Shown: positions 43,648 to 52,968 of the stretch, in pieces
Numbering within the stretch: the first letter of the stretch is position 1
Layout of the letters: every line of letters begins with the position of its first letter
Virus record (IMG/VR): IMGVR_UViG_3300022173_000112
Location: 2,916 to 66,915 of that record
DNA: 64,000 nt
Direction: 5' to 3' (one strand)
Source: a virus
Lineage: Duplodnaviria > Heunggongvirae > Uroviricota > Caudoviricetes
The notes under the pieces: model-generated
What the model saw: the letters and a program-made list of their open reading frames with translations, nothing else
The model's database searches: none
Told to the model about the DNA's origin: nothing
Translations under genes and position numbers: made by a program

Positions 43648-43879
43648 GTCGATACCTCATTAAACCGTGAATCTAATGAGCCTGGAAATTAGGAGCTTTA
43701 ACTACCATACAACACCAATGGGTAGTTACGCGATATGGCCTTACGCCGATTCTTGCTCTGCCGAGAAACTACAATCCGGGGCTTCACGGGCCTTACGGAC
43801 GTCGGCAGGCTCAAGGCGTCGTTTGGTGCAATCATCAAAATGATTAGGACACCGATCAAATGGATCAAAGGGCGACTCC

Positions 43880-44953
43880 TTACTTGGCCAGGAGCAGTTT
43901 CGTACCACGCGGCAAGATGCGATTCACGCTCTTGCTCTGGATGAAGATGTCGTAGTTACCGTGGTTGCCCGGCACGATCTTAGCGTGTTGGTCACGCGGC
44001 AGACCGATCAGGTCGCGGGCTTCGGGGCCACCGTAAATCTTCTTGGTGCGGCCGGTGTTCTTCTCTTGGATGAGAACCTCTTTTGAGGGCTGAACCTTTT
44101 CCGGCTTCACCAGTTGATAGAAGGCCGTACCGGGGATGTAATCCTTGCCGGTCTGCTCTTCAACGAAACCGCGGATGATCGATTCGTTGGCGACCGTGAA
44201 CAGACGGAAGCTCGCCGCCAAATCGTCGAGTTGCTTCTTGACGTTGACCTTCGAGAGGTCCGGCGTCGCCTTGAAGAAACCCTTCGTCTGAGTGACACCG
44301 CGGGCACGGTTGTCCATGTAGTTGGACACCGCGTTCGAGGTCTCGTCGCTCATCTTCCGCGTGCCGATCTCGGTCAGTTCCCATTCGTTGACGTTGTCGA
44401 TCGCGATTCCGAACTGACGACAGAAGACTTCGCGGCGACCGACGGGAAGCTGGAACGCGAACGTCCAGTTGCCCTTGTCTTCGCGGTTGACGATCATCCG
44501 TTTCAGGTCCGAAGCCGTGGTGAAGACCGAGTTGAGTTCTTCACCGTCCGTAATCGGATGGATCAGGAAGCTCGTGTTCTCGTCGGTCGGCACGTTGTCG
44601 AACAACGCGATGGCCGAAGCGACGGCATCGAACAGGGCCGTCCCACCGCCGGGGTTGTAGTTCGTGTGATCCAGGTCGGGAATCATGTTCACGTTGGCGT
44701 GCTTGAAGAGCGGTTCATTCACGCGGTCGTTGAACGTAATCAGGGACACGTAGACATCCTGATTCTTGAGAGCCGACTTGCGTTGCAGCGTCGCCTTGAT
44801 GTTGTTGAACGTCTGCCGAACCGAGGCGGTCAGTCGGCTGTGACCAATCGAACTGGACGAATCCAGCACGATGGCGATGTAGGTCTTCTGACGGGGCTTG
44901 GTGACGCGGCGGCGAGTGGTGGGAGTGCGAGCCATGATTTTGGTGTCCTTCAT
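43880..44953 (-). CDS. von Willebrand factor A (vWA) domain protein
   Basis: MIDAS VLDSSSSIG near the N-terminus. 357 aa. Confidence 0.6.
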   Translation of the reverse strand: MKDTKIMARTPTTRRRVTKPRQKTYIAIVLDSSSSIGHSRLTASVRQTFNNIKATLQRKSALKNQDVYVSLITFNDRVNEPLFKHANVNMIPDLDHTNYNPGGGTALFDAVASAIALFDNVPTDENTSFLIHPITDGEELNSVFTTASDLKRMIVNREDKGNWTFAFQLPVGRREVFCRQFGIAIDNVNEWELTEIGTRKMSDETSNAVSNYMDNRARGVTQTKGFFKATPDLSKVNVKKQLDDLAASFRLFTVANESIIRGFVEEQTGKDYIPGTAFYQLVKPEKVQPSKEVLIQEKNTGRTKKIYGGPEARDLIGLPRDQHAKIVPGNHGNYDIFIQSKSVNRILPRGTKLLLAK

Positions 44954-45103
44954 GTTGAGAATTTTGTGGAAAGAAATTCGGCGATGGCCTGCTCTAAAGC
45001 AGCCATTCGTGATTCGTTGCTAACGTGGCTGGCGGTGACTTCTTCACCATTGTCATGGATGAAGATTCCCACCGCCGCCCATTTCCGTATGACCGCTTCC
45101 ATG

Positions 45104-45346
45104 TTACTCCTTCGGAGGAAGTTGAGCGGCAATCAAGGCTTCCTTGTTGCCGGCAATCGCGTTGCGGAGACCAGCGGCAGCGGCAGCGGCGAGCAAGCTT
45201 TGGAAAGCCTGATCGTACTGTTGCTGGCTGAACTGGTAAATCGCCAGACCGACGAGGCCGGCCACAGCGATATAGGTCTTGAGTCCAGTGAGTGTCCAGG
45301 TCATGTTCATCTCCCGTTTGGACGGGGGTCGCCACAATGCTCCCAC
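45104..45346 (-). CDS. Small membrane protein (80 aa)
   Basis: Central TM helix AVAGLVGLAIY. Confidence 0.4.
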   Translation of the reverse strand: MGALWRPPSKREMNMTWTLTGLKTYIAVAGLVGLAIYQFSQQQYDQAFQSLLAAAAAAGLRNAIAGNKEALIAAQLPPKE

Positions 45347-45831
45347 CGTTCGATTCGTTCCCCATTCACTTCTTCAACCACAAGGTATTCGAAGAAGTAG
45401 GAGAATTGTCCCGGCCCTTCAATCTTAATGCCATACGTCTTATGACGCAGGTCGAGAAGATTCTTACCCTGCCAAACCGTTTTATATTTCGGTTTCGGGT
45501 CGAACCGACTTGTCGGCTCATAACCTTCCCGGACTTGCAATCGGTACGTGTGCATCAAGCCTTGAAGTTCTTCGGCTTTGCGCTTCGTTTCGGCCTTGGC
45601 CCACAATCGGGCTTTCGGTCCCTTTGCCATCTCTTCGATGGCGATGACGATTACCTCGTCACCGACTTTCGGTTCTTCCTGCCAGTCCCCATTGTGATAG
45701 ATGCGAGCATCCAAATCACAATAGAACTCTCGCTGTTGCGAGTTGTGGAAGAATATGTTTCGCGGGCTTTCAGGACTCTGGATGAATCCGAACTTCCCCT
45801 TCTTGTCGTAATGACAAACGGTGCCTGTCAT
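45307..45831 (-). CDS. Cold-shock-domain protein
   Basis: MTGTVCHYDKKGKFGFIQSP resembles the CspA N-terminus MTGIVKWFNADKGFGFI. The start is trimmed from the longer ORF. Confidence 0.5.
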   Translation of the reverse strand: MTGTVCHYDKKGKFGFIQSPESPRNIFFHNSQQREFYCDLDARIYHNGDWQEEPKVGDEVIVIAIEEMAKGPKARLWAKAETKRKAEELQGLMHTYRLQVREGYEPTSRFDPKPKYKTVWQGKNLLDLRHKTYGIKIEGPGQFSYFFEYLVVEEVNGERIERWEHCGDPRPNGR

Positions 45832-46315
45832 AGTCGTCCTCGATTTTGAAGTAGGTCGAAAATTTCGACCCTTTGCTTTCCAAGAGTTCGGCCAGTTCGT
45901 TTTCCTCAATGCAACGTCGAATCTCCGACGCTTTCGTCTTGAGATAGTCTTCGTAGTCCTTGACAAACTCTGGCCGATTCTGCTTCGTCAGCTTGAACTT
46001 GAACAAGTGAAAGAGTTCCAGAACGGTGGAAGCTTTCAGTCGTTCGTAGTAAGGCGACAAAGGATTTTCGCTTGGCAAGCTCTGTGCCCAAGGGCCACAG
46101 TTGTCAAGGACTTCCATATCAAGCGTTGCACACCCCGTCGATTCCATTCGGAACCTGACCAATGCCGCGTGAACCCGTTTTAATGAGTCACGTTTCTCTT
46201 TGATGCAGAGTAGCTCGAAGAGAACTCGATCGCGATTCTTACCGCAAACCTTGCAAGGAACGGACGTTGACTTGTTGTCGCACTTCTTGCAAATCGGCAG
46301 GTCTTTGATTCTCAT
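45770..46315 (-). CDS. Hypothetical protein with N-terminal zinc ribbon (181 aa)
   Basis: CKKCDN...CKVCG. Confidence 0.45.
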   Translation of the reverse strand: MRIKDLPICKKCDNKSTSVPCKVCGKNRDRVLFELLCIKEKRDSLKRVHAALVRFRMESTGCATLDMEVLDNCGPWAQSLPSENPLSPYYERLKASTVLELFHLFKFKLTKQNRPEFVKDYEDYLKTKASEIRRCIEENELAELLESKGSKFSTYFKIEDDYDRHRLSLRQEGEVRIHPES

Positions 46316-46476
46316 GTGGTTCCTCGATTTATGCGCAGATTTATTTACAGCGCAGAGTGGTTCTGTGCAATTCCATCAGAACGAATTTAAGTGGGTTTGG
46401 AGTCACAAAGAAGTGACATCCCTTGACTCTTTCATAGAGTCATGATCCAAATGCATCCCGCTTTGTCATTGGAATG

Positions 46477-46698
46477 TTAAGAGACAAGCTCACAATTCCA
46501 ATCCGGTCGAATCTTGTGAATCAGCCCGTTGCTCTTCGCCGAGTCCTCAGTAATCTTCTCGAAGATTTGTGAGCCGGGAATAGCTGCTTTCATCACACTG
46601 TTGACCATTTGAAACTTTTGCCCAATGGCCAGTTCGTTGAAGGGTTGCTGCAATCGCTTACGAGCCGGTGAATCCATTGATTCTCTCCCCCAGGACAC
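46477..46698 (-). CDS. Hypothetical protein (73 aa)
   Basis: ORF track. Confidence 0.35.
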   Translation of the reverse strand: MSWGRESMDSPARKRLQQPFNELAIGQKFQMVNSVMKAAIPGSQIFEKITEDSAKSNGLIHKIRPDWNCELVS

Positions 46699-46873
46699 CT
46701 GAGTATTGACTCATGGCGATATGCTGGCGAACCAGGCGATCGCGTTCGAGTTCAGAAAGTTTGTCGAATCCACTCGTCATCATGAAGCGGTGGAGTTTCT
46801 CGATTTTGACATCGAGTTCGGTCTTTTCTTCGACCACACGTTCTTGGTACGGTTCCATTAGTAGCTCCTGCAA
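46658..46873 (-). CDS. Hypothetical protein (71 aa)
   Basis: ORF track. Confidence 0.35.
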   Translation of the reverse strand: MQELLMEPYQERVVEEKTELDVKIEKLHRFMMTSGFDKLSELERDRLVRQHIAMSQYSGVLGERINGFTGS

Positions 46874-47829
46874 ATGGCTTCGAATTCCTCGTCACGCATT
46901 CCGACCGATTGCTGGTCGAGAGTCTTGCAGCGGGCTTGCGACTGCTCCAGCGTCATGTTTCGGAAGATGTGGTCACTGTTGACAACATCCCAAATATGTT
47001 GAGCCAGAGAGAACGTATGCCACTGGAAGGTCTCACTGATTCGCAACCGATGTTCAGCAATCCGAATACTCGGTTTGATGCCACCCGGTTTGCAAACCAA
47101 CTGGTCAATCGCAGTCACAAAGTCACTTCCGACTTCGTTACCGCACAGCCATCCGTAGATGGCCAACTGGACAGCCCAGCTTTCGTTCAGTTCTTCGAGA
47201 CGTTGGTCTCGGTTAATCAGAATCCCGTGGTGCGGGGCGATGATGCAGTTCTTGTGTGGGCCGCTGAAATCGGCACCACGAATCCGCAAGTAACCCGGCA
47301 TCGGGCTGATTCCCGACTTGCTACAGTAGCCATTCACCTTGAAGTCCAAGGTGACATTGATTCCACTTTTGTGGTTGAAGGACACGTCCGGTTTTCCCAG
47401 GAACGTGACCCCTGACAAACTCTTCGTGACGCCTTCTTTTTGTCCGTTGACCACGCCACGAACTTCGATTTCAAACCGCGGTGTACCAACCGCTTGTTCC
47501 AGGTCCGACATCAGGTCAGCCAAGGCTCCCGAGTGCTTGTAGCAATCGAAAGCGTGACGGCCGTTGTCCCATGCCCAGTCCCAATGGTGTCGTTCGACTT
47601 GAGCTTCAAAGAGCGTTCTCAAATCGAACCGTGGGTCATTGCCTTTACCGAACAATGCTTCGTGCATCCAACTCTTCACGTAAGCATCGAAGGCGGACCC
47701 AATCGACATTGGCTGAGTTTGTTTGTCTCGCGTCGGACGATTCTCAGAAAGATATCTGAGATAGTAGCTCTCAACATTCTCTTTGAAAGCTGCGATGCTC
47801 GTCGGGCTGAGGTACTCAAGCTTCCTCAT
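46858..47829 (-). CDS. PD-(D/E)xK-family nuclease (RecB/Cas4-like exonuclease)
   Basis: N-terminal LSPTSIAAF...YLRYL, a D...DFKV core, and a C-terminal Cys cluster. Confidence 0.45.
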   Translation of the reverse strand: MRKLEYLSPTSIAAFKENVESYYLRYLSENRPTRDKQTQPMSIGSAFDAYVKSWMHEALFGKGNDPRFDLRTLFEAQVERHHWDWAWDNGRHAFDCYKHSGALADLMSDLEQAVGTPRFEIEVRGVVNGQKEGVTKSLSGVTFLGKPDVSFNHKSGINVTLDFKVNGYCSKSGISPMPGYLRIRGADFSGPHKNCIIAPHHGILINRDQRLEELNESWAVQLAIYGWLCGNEVGSDFVTAIDQLVCKPGGIKPSIRIAEHRLRISETFQWHTFSLAQHIWDVVNSDHIFRNMTLEQSQARCKTLDQQSVGMRDEEFEAICRSY

Positions 47830-48463
47830 TGTTGCTCCTTAAGAATCGGTTCTTGATGACATCGAAGATGCGACTAGCAGTCACGTAGTTAATACCCGTC
47901 AGTTCCTGAATTTCCCTAAAGGTATAACCCTGACACTTCAAGTCGAAAATCTTTCGTTCCTCTTCCGTCAATACGGCAAGCTGAATCTCTTCATCAAGAA
48001 TCATCTTACGGAGCGGACTGATCTCTCTGCCAGCAACTTCCCGGTTAGGCAGAATCTTTTTGTCTTTTTGTCCAATCTCATACCTCGCATGGGTTGACAG
48101 CGGAATCAACCGATCTCGATGTATGAACCGACCACACGCTTCATGTATCTTGTAGGACACAAACTTCCCGAAGGAATCAGTGTTCATCTTGTGGATGTCG
48201 TGACAGGCTTGAACCAAAGCGAGAGCACCCTCACTTACGAGGTCTTTCGATTTCTTAGGTTCCAAAGCTCCGTAGCATCCAGCGATGTACACGACCAGTT
48301 TCAAGTGACCGGCCACAATCTCTTCGATGACACTCTTATCCCCAGCCTTGAGCTTGACTACCAGTTCGGCTAATCGCTCATCAGTAATCCGAGGCGAAGG
48401 ACTTTTCCCAAACGGATAGTGAATCGAACACGGCCTTGCTTTCTTACCGAGTAGGAACATCAA
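47816..48463 (-). CDS. Sigma-70-family sigma factor
   Basis: Region 2-like DLVSEGALALVQA and region 4 HTH LTEEERKIFDLKCQGYTFREIQELTGINYVTASRI. Confidence 0.65.
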   Translation of the reverse strand: MMFLLGKKARPCSIHYPFGKSPSPRITDERLAELVVKLKAGDKSVIEEIVAGHLKLVVYIAGCYGALEPKKSKDLVSEGALALVQACHDIHKMNTDSFGKFVSYKIHEACGRFIHRDRLIPLSTHARYEIGQKDKKILPNREVAGREISPLRKMILDEEIQLAVLTEEERKIFDLKCQGYTFREIQELTGINYVTASRIFDVIKNRFLRSNNEEA

Positions 48464-48539
48464 CCTCCTTTTTAGCGTTCCTTAGCTGGGCTTTCCATAA
48501 TCCGTTTTATTCCTATTCCTAAGTCTCCGATTCGGAATC

Positions 48540-48905
48540 TGGCAGGAATCAAATCGCCGATTTGATTCTTGCGAATTTCGCCTAGCTCGCAAGAGGCGAG
48601 CGGCGCGCCGCCCGTTCACCGGGCGAAACCCTTTCGAGATGTCAAGCGAACCGAAACGCATTAGACCACGAAACGGGGAAACCATGCAAGAGGAAAAGGC
48701 GCGAACGTGCGCATTTTCTGAAAAATAATGCGCAACCGTGCGCAAGTCTATGCGCTTTAACGGTTTACGTTCGTTGTCTAGTTGCGCACTGGCGAGCAAC
48801 GCGCCGCCCTCTCTTATTGGCGCGAAAAACTACCTAAGAAGTTTCCCCTATTAGGTAGTTTTCCACCGAATCAAATCGGAGGATAACTCCATTTCGATTT
48901 GATTC
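48540..48905. promoter_or_regulatory. Control region upstream of the sigma-factor gene, with a palindrome, split inverted repeats and TGCGCA iterons
   Basis: 23-bp palindrome gaatcaaatcg-c-cgatttgattc (48552-48574). The same arms recur split by a spacer (48866-48905). At least 5 TGCGCA(A/T) copies lie in 48704-48792. Two gcgagcRRcgcgccgcc repeats. Confidence 0.45.
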
Positions 48906-49329
48906 GATAGTACGTTTGGATTTGGAAGTCATCCAGGGTGGTAATCTTCCCACCGCTTGGGTCCAAAACCTTACCGTTCATCCAGGCGATTGCATGGCGT
49001 TGATTATTTATTTCACCTGTCAACACTCCGTTGCTTCCTTCAAGTATCTTGACGAAAGGCAAGTGAATCTCAACAGGCCCACCTATGCCACCGGGACTCT
49101 CAAGCATTGCAATCGGTTCGAACGTCGTAGTCACAAAGCCTAACCTATCCCCAAGGTAGATTAGTTCTTGTGGATGGAATCCTCTTCGGCAATTTGGTTC
49201 GGTAAGGTTGGGCCACCTTATCTCGCTACCATCATGACCGATAGCTTTGATTACCGCCCAGACTGGCCAACTGATTACATACGACCAAGCGGTCGGTAAG
49301 CAGGACCAGCGGTTAGGTTGGTACGTCAT
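48871..49329 (-). CDS. Possible papain-like cysteine peptidase
   Basis: N-terminal WSCLPTAWSYV (Cys nucleophile context) with a downstream His. Confidence 0.3.
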   Translation of the reverse strand: MTYQPNRWSCLPTAWSYVISWPVWAVIKAIGHDGSEIRWPNLTEPNCRRGFHPQELIYLGDRLGFVTTTFEPIAMLESPGGIGGPVEIHLPFVKILEGSNGVLTGEINNQRHAIAWMNGKVLDPSGGKITTLDDFQIQTYYRIKSKWSYPPI

Positions 49330-49525
49330 TTGGTCTCACAGTTTCTTGGTGAACACAACAACGACATTCTTTACATTCCCAGTCTGGGCAATCGTCACAC
49401 CAGAATACTGGAACATCTTTGTTGCAGTTTGAACACCAGCCGATTAGTTCGTCTTGCACATTGGTGTTCCTGGAGGCGGTGGTGTTGGCTGAATGAACAA
49501 CGGCGTCGGTGTCTTGATTCCACAA
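49313..49525 (-). CDS. Cys-rich zinc-finger protein (70 aa)
   Basis: CSNCN...CDDC...CKECRCC. Confidence 0.35.
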   Translation of the reverse strand: MWNQDTDAVVHSANTTASRNTNVQDELIGWCSNCNKDVPVFWCDDCPDWECKECRCCVHQETVRPNDVPT

Positions 49526-49755
49526 CGAATACGGTTGTGAACGCCCATATGTACCGTGACAGGTCCATCGTTGGCTTCCCAGTAGAAAACAGTGAATGTC
49601 AGACCTTCATGACTGAGCGAGATGAATCGATCCTTGCCAAGTACAGTCAAAAAGTCTGCAACATCCTGTTTGGTCTTCGCTTCATTAGCCGCAGATGTAA
49701 CTACAGCATCTGGGTAGTCAACCTTGATTTCAAAGTCTTTGAAAGCTGCTTTCAT
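49444..49755 (-). CDS. Hypothetical protein (103 aa)
   Basis: ORF track. Confidence 0.35.
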   Translation of the reverse strand: MKAAFKDFEIKVDYPDAVVTSAANEAKTKQDVADFLTVLGKDRFISLSHEGLTFTVFYWEANDGPVTVHMGVHNRIRCGIKTPTPLFIQPTPPPPGTPMCKTN

Positions 49756-49833
49756 CTTCGCTTATCCTTGTGTTGGTCAGAACGTGGACGGCGTCCACGA
49801 TTCTCTTTGTCGTGAGCGGGACAGAAAGAACAC

Positions 49834-50319
49834 TTACCGCTTTTTGGAGCGCGATGGCCGTACGTCTTTTGGTTTGCGTTTTCGTTTCTTCTTCCCATAC
49901 GTTCCCCAAATCTTCTCGTTGATTTCCTGGTAGGTCTCGATGGGCAAAGGTTTGCCACCGAAGACGAACCGTGTGTTCAAGATTCCAAACGGTGGACACT
50001 TGACCCATGAACCATCTTTCCAGACGATGGCTTGCGGTGGCCAACCGTAACAGATTGCTACGGTTTGTTTGGTCGCTCTGTGCAGTTCTTCACAGAGGGC
50101 ACGTTCATGATCCGTCGGGTAGATACCCTTGACTTCAATCCACAGGTTCAGATTACTGAGGAAGAAGTCAGGCAGATAACTACCAGATGGTAGCGGAAAT
50201 CGTCGTGGTTCATAGGTCCAAGGAACATCAAACATGTTGAACAACATGCAGTATTTGGCTTCCGTCCGTGAGCGGAATTGGACGCCGCAATACAGTGTTG
50301 GTTTTGCTTTGATGTTCAT
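49834..50319 (-). CDS. Putative PD-(D/E)xK nuclease with a basic tail
   Basis: SRTEAKYCMLF...WTYEP...YLPDF...WIEVKG resembles small phage nuclease/resolvase families. Confidence 0.4.
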   Translation of the reverse strand: MNIKAKPTLYCGVQFRSRTEAKYCMLFNMFDVPWTYEPRRFPLPSGSYLPDFFLSNLNLWIEVKGIYPTDHERALCEELHRATKQTVAICYGWPPQAIVWKDGSWVKCPPFGILNTRFVFGGKPLPIETYQEINEKIWGTYGKKKRKRKPKDVRPSRSKKR

Positions 50320-50627
50320 TCTCGCCCATCCAGTGCGTTGTGGACCACGATCACCGGAATCCTATCCCCAATGTACTGCGGATATCCATTCTCATCTTGA
50401 AGCTGCGGGTAGCACCAACAGCCTCGGACCTGGTGGTGTTCCACAGTGTCACGAAGCGGGATTACGTGGATATCGTCAAGGCACCACTTGGGCACATTGC
50501 GACTTGGTCTTTGATTTCGTCCGCTGTTGCACCCTGGATGTTGACCCAGGGTTTCGCGGAGAGATTGAAAACACTCGGTAATCCAGTGATACAGTTGCCG
50601 CAATGTGAACATTTTTCGGAGTCCCAA
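50316..50627 (-). CDS. Hypothetical protein; overlaps the ferredoxin gene in another frame
   Basis: ORF track. Confidence 0.25.
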   Translation of the reverse strand: MGLRKMFTLRQLYHWITECFQSLRETLGQHPGCNSGRNQRPSRNVPKWCLDDIHVIPLRDTVEHHQVRGCWCYPQLQDENGYPQYIGDRIPVIVVHNALDGRE

Positions 50628-50755
50628 TGAACAGTGAGTTCAGTCCGTTTGTAATCACGTAACATGGTTGTACCCACAATCGTCACACGCTTCATGCCGA
50701 TCAGAACCGCCGCCGTAATCAGAACTCGTCCAGCTTCGTTTGTTTGGATGTTCAC
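50462..50755 (-). CDS. 4Fe-4S single-cluster ferredoxin-like protein
   Basis: CSHCGNC...MCP (CxxCxxC...CP). Confidence 0.5.
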   Translation of the reverse strand: MNIQTNEAGRVLITAAVLIGMKRVTIVGTTMLRDYKRTELTVHWDSEKCSHCGNCITGLPSVFNLSAKPWVNIQGATADEIKDQVAMCPSGALTIST

Positions 50756-50876
50756 AAACGCTTTGAAGAAAGACTTGCTCAGCCTTGAGCATCTGTGCGT
50801 CTCTTTTCAAAAGCTTCTCTCGAAGCTCCAGTTCCTTTCGTTTTGTTTTGATTTCTTCAACGGTCATGTTATGCAC
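50655..50876 (-). CDS. Hypothetical protein (73 aa)
   Basis: ORF track. Confidence 0.35.
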   Translation of the reverse strand: MHNMTVEEIKTKRKELELREKLLKRDAQMLKAEQVFLQSVCEHPNKRSWTSSDYGGGSDRHEACDDCGYNHVT

Positions 50877-51279
50877 TCAATGTGTAGGTGTTTCTGAGTG
50901 TGTCACCAGAGACACACGAAACATAGGAACAATAATTGTTCCTGACAATCTCAATCCCGTTAGGATCGAGAATGCCTAGACCCTGAACAGTCACTGTCCG
51001 TTTGATGTTCAGAGGCGGTACTGTGAAAACACAAACCAGTTTCTCAAGATCGCGTTTCACTTCCCGTAATCGGGCACAAGGAAGCGTGAAATCGTTACCA
51101 AAGACAAATGCACTGTATTTCAACAGTTCACTTTCTTTGCAGTTGAAGACTCGATGACAGTCATTCAAGAACTTCAACTTCTTGGATTGATTCTGTTCAA
51201 CAATCTCATTGCCAAATGAGATTTGAGTTGCACCTAAGAAACCAACCAAGCTGCCTAAGAAGCCTCTGCGATTATCCAT
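50869..51279 (-). CDS. Hypothetical protein (137 aa from MDNRRG)
   Basis: The longer ORF would read through tRNA-Gln, so the start is trimmed. Confidence 0.4.
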   Translation of the reverse strand: MDNRRGFLGSLVGFLGATQISFGNEIVEQNQSKKLKFLNDCHRVFNCKESELLKYSAFVFGNDFTLPCARLREVKRDLEKLVCVFTVPPLNIKRTVTVQGLGILDPNGIEIVRNNYCSYVSCVSGDTLRNTYTLSA

Positions 51280-51355
51280 GATGCACCTTTGTATGGCGGT
51301 CTCCAGGCCATTCTCCCTCGCACGGGAGAATTTGTGCGAAGACCCAGAGACCATT

Positions 51356-51426
51356 AGACTCAGAAGGATTCGAACCCTCGCTAACGGGTCCAACGCCCGT
51401 TGTGCTACCGTTACACTATGAGTCAA
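51356..51426 (-). tRNA. tRNA-Gln (anticodon UUG), atypical anticodon loop
   Basis: GACTCA/TGAGTC acceptor, GTGT-AACGGTA-GCAC, ACGGG-CGTTGGA-CCCGT, GAGGG-TTCGAAT-CCTTC. Confidence 0.5.
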
Positions 51427-51427
51427 C

Positions 51428-51510
51428 GTACCCGCTTGGGTGGTCTGCTCTGCGTTCGCAGTCGTTCCACGCACCCTAGACGCTACGGCACTTTGCCAAG
51501 CGGGCTTACA
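51428..51510. other. Large stem-loop (CCCGCTTGG ... CCAAGCGGG, 56-nt loop) between tRNA-Gln and the upstream gene
   Basis: 9-bp inverted repeat. Confidence 0.3.
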
Positions 51511-51511
51511 A

Positions 51512-51775
51512 TCACTTCTTGATCAGAGCCAGGATGGCATTGATCACGGTTTGCAAATCCAACTTCTGACCCGAGAACAGACTCAGGACGAGCGGCAGGA
51601 GAACAGCCAGAATCGTCACAAGTCCAACGCCAGCAGCCTGTGCCTGCTTGACGGCGTCACCGAGCTTTGTCTCGGCGTCGCGACCATACTGGTACGCAAC
51701 GCTCTTCAAAAGCATTTTCAGTGTTCCCTGTTGATTCGCACCAACGACACCTGCAAGGTGTTGAGCTTCGATCAT
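51512..51775 (-). CDS. Small membrane protein (87 aa)
   Basis: C-terminal TM helix. Confidence 0.4.
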   Translation of the reverse strand: MIEAQHLAGVVGANQQGTLKMLLKSVAYQYGRDAETKLGDAVKQAQAAGVGLVTILAVLLPLVLSLFSGQKLDLQTVINAILALIKK

Positions 51776-52968
51776 TTATCCTTCTCCAAGTAAGTTGCCC
51801 CAACGCACTTGAGACACAAGCGTCCCAAGTGAATATCCGTTCGTTCGATGAGCGGCTTGACCACACAACCCTCACGATGGTGTTGTGCAATCATGGACTG
51901 CCCATCGCTCAAGTTCACAACCAGGTCGAAGTTGTAATCGTGAATACCGAGGAACGGTACCCACGGAACATTCGGTGCCGCATCGCGAGCTTCTTGAGCA
52001 TTCAGCCAACGGCCTTCGTCAAGAATGTCGAACACAGCAATCGAGACTGGCTTGTCTTGAGTGTGGCCGTACTTCAAGGTCTGTACGTTGCCGTAGACTT
52101 CACCGTACAAAATCTTGCCCGGATTATCACGGCACCACTTTTCAATTTCCGGTTCATGGCTCAACGCCGTCCACCACATGTTCCGCGACTTTGTCGGGGA
52201 ATGTAGGCGATCGTAAATCTGTTGACAGCGTTCTTCATCGGGGATGTTCGTGTCTTTGTTCAAGACCCGCTCACGCAACCAATCCATCGTGATATGGTCG
52301 TAAGACGGGAACTCCTTCTTCCATTCAGTTCGAGACCCACAGTGCATCGCACCGTCTTGATAGACGTACCGTGCGTTAGCTCCGTGAATCTTCTCGGTGA
52401 TCCAAACCTTCTCGCCAGGAATCAGCAAGTTGTGATACTTGCGGAAGGCATCGAGATCATACTTCGGACTGTTCAAGCTAGGAGCCTTGGCGACTTCGCC
52501 ACCAAGTACCAAGCCGTTGGAAGCTCGTTGCTCACCGGGCAGCGGCGGTTCGTAGTGAGTGACACCCAACTGTGCCGCAACGTCTTGACCCACGACGCTA
52601 CCTTCCGGTGCCGGAATCATCAGACCGAACGAGACGACACCACGCAGCTTCATGGCCTTGACGCGGTGCGTACCATCAGCCTTGGCTTTCGGCAAGAGGA
52701 AGTCAAACTCTTTCCGGTTTGTGTCAACCACCGAATCAGGCGGAAGATACGCACCAAGAGCGACACCCTGCCAGTCTTGCGTTCGGACGATACAGGTGTA
52801 TCCTCCGAAGACCCGAACGATACTGAGCGAATCAGCGTTCGGGTGCTTTTCCATCACGATCGGAACAACTTCAACTTGATGCGTGCTGTTTGACATTGTA
52901 TGCTCGGTAGTTAAAGGGTAGTGCTTACCAGCGTCTCGGTTCCATCTCAACAAGACGTTGTAATTCAT
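51772..52968 (-). CDS. ATP-dependent RNA ligase (Rnl2-like) with an N-terminal OB/tRNA-binding-like region
   Basis: Nucleotidyltransferase motif I EKIHGANA (KxHG, as in T4 Rnl2 EKIHGTN) and EGCVVKP (motif IV/V). Confidence 0.55.
   Translation of the reverse strand: MNYNVLLRWNRDAGKHYPLTTEHTMSNSTHQVEVVPIVMEKHPNADSLSIVRVFGGYTCIVRTQDWQGVALGAYLPPDSVVDTNRKEFDFLLPKAKADGTHRVKAMKLRGVVSFGLMIPAPEGSVVGQDVAAQLGVTHYEPPLPGEQRASNGLVLGGEVAKAPSLNSPKYDLDAFRKYHNLLIPGEKVWITEKIHGANARYVYQDGAMHCGSRTEWKKEFPSYDHITMDWLRERVLNKDTNIPDEERCQQIYDRLHSPTKSRNMWWTALSHEPEIEKWCRDNPGKILYGEVYGNVQTLKYGHTQDKPVSIAVFDILDEGRWLNAQEARDAAPNVPWVPFLGIHDYNFDLVVNLSDGQSMIAQHHREGCVVKPLIERTDIHLGRLCLKCVGATYLEKDK

Noticed and set aside
44114-45400. 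428-aa plus-strand ORF
   Set aside because: Antisense to the vWA gene. Arg/Gly/Val-rich junk-like composition.
48482-48799. 105-aa minus-strand ORF
   Set aside because: It lies entirely within the repeat-rich control region upstream of the sigma factor. Arg-rich translation of GC-rich repeats.
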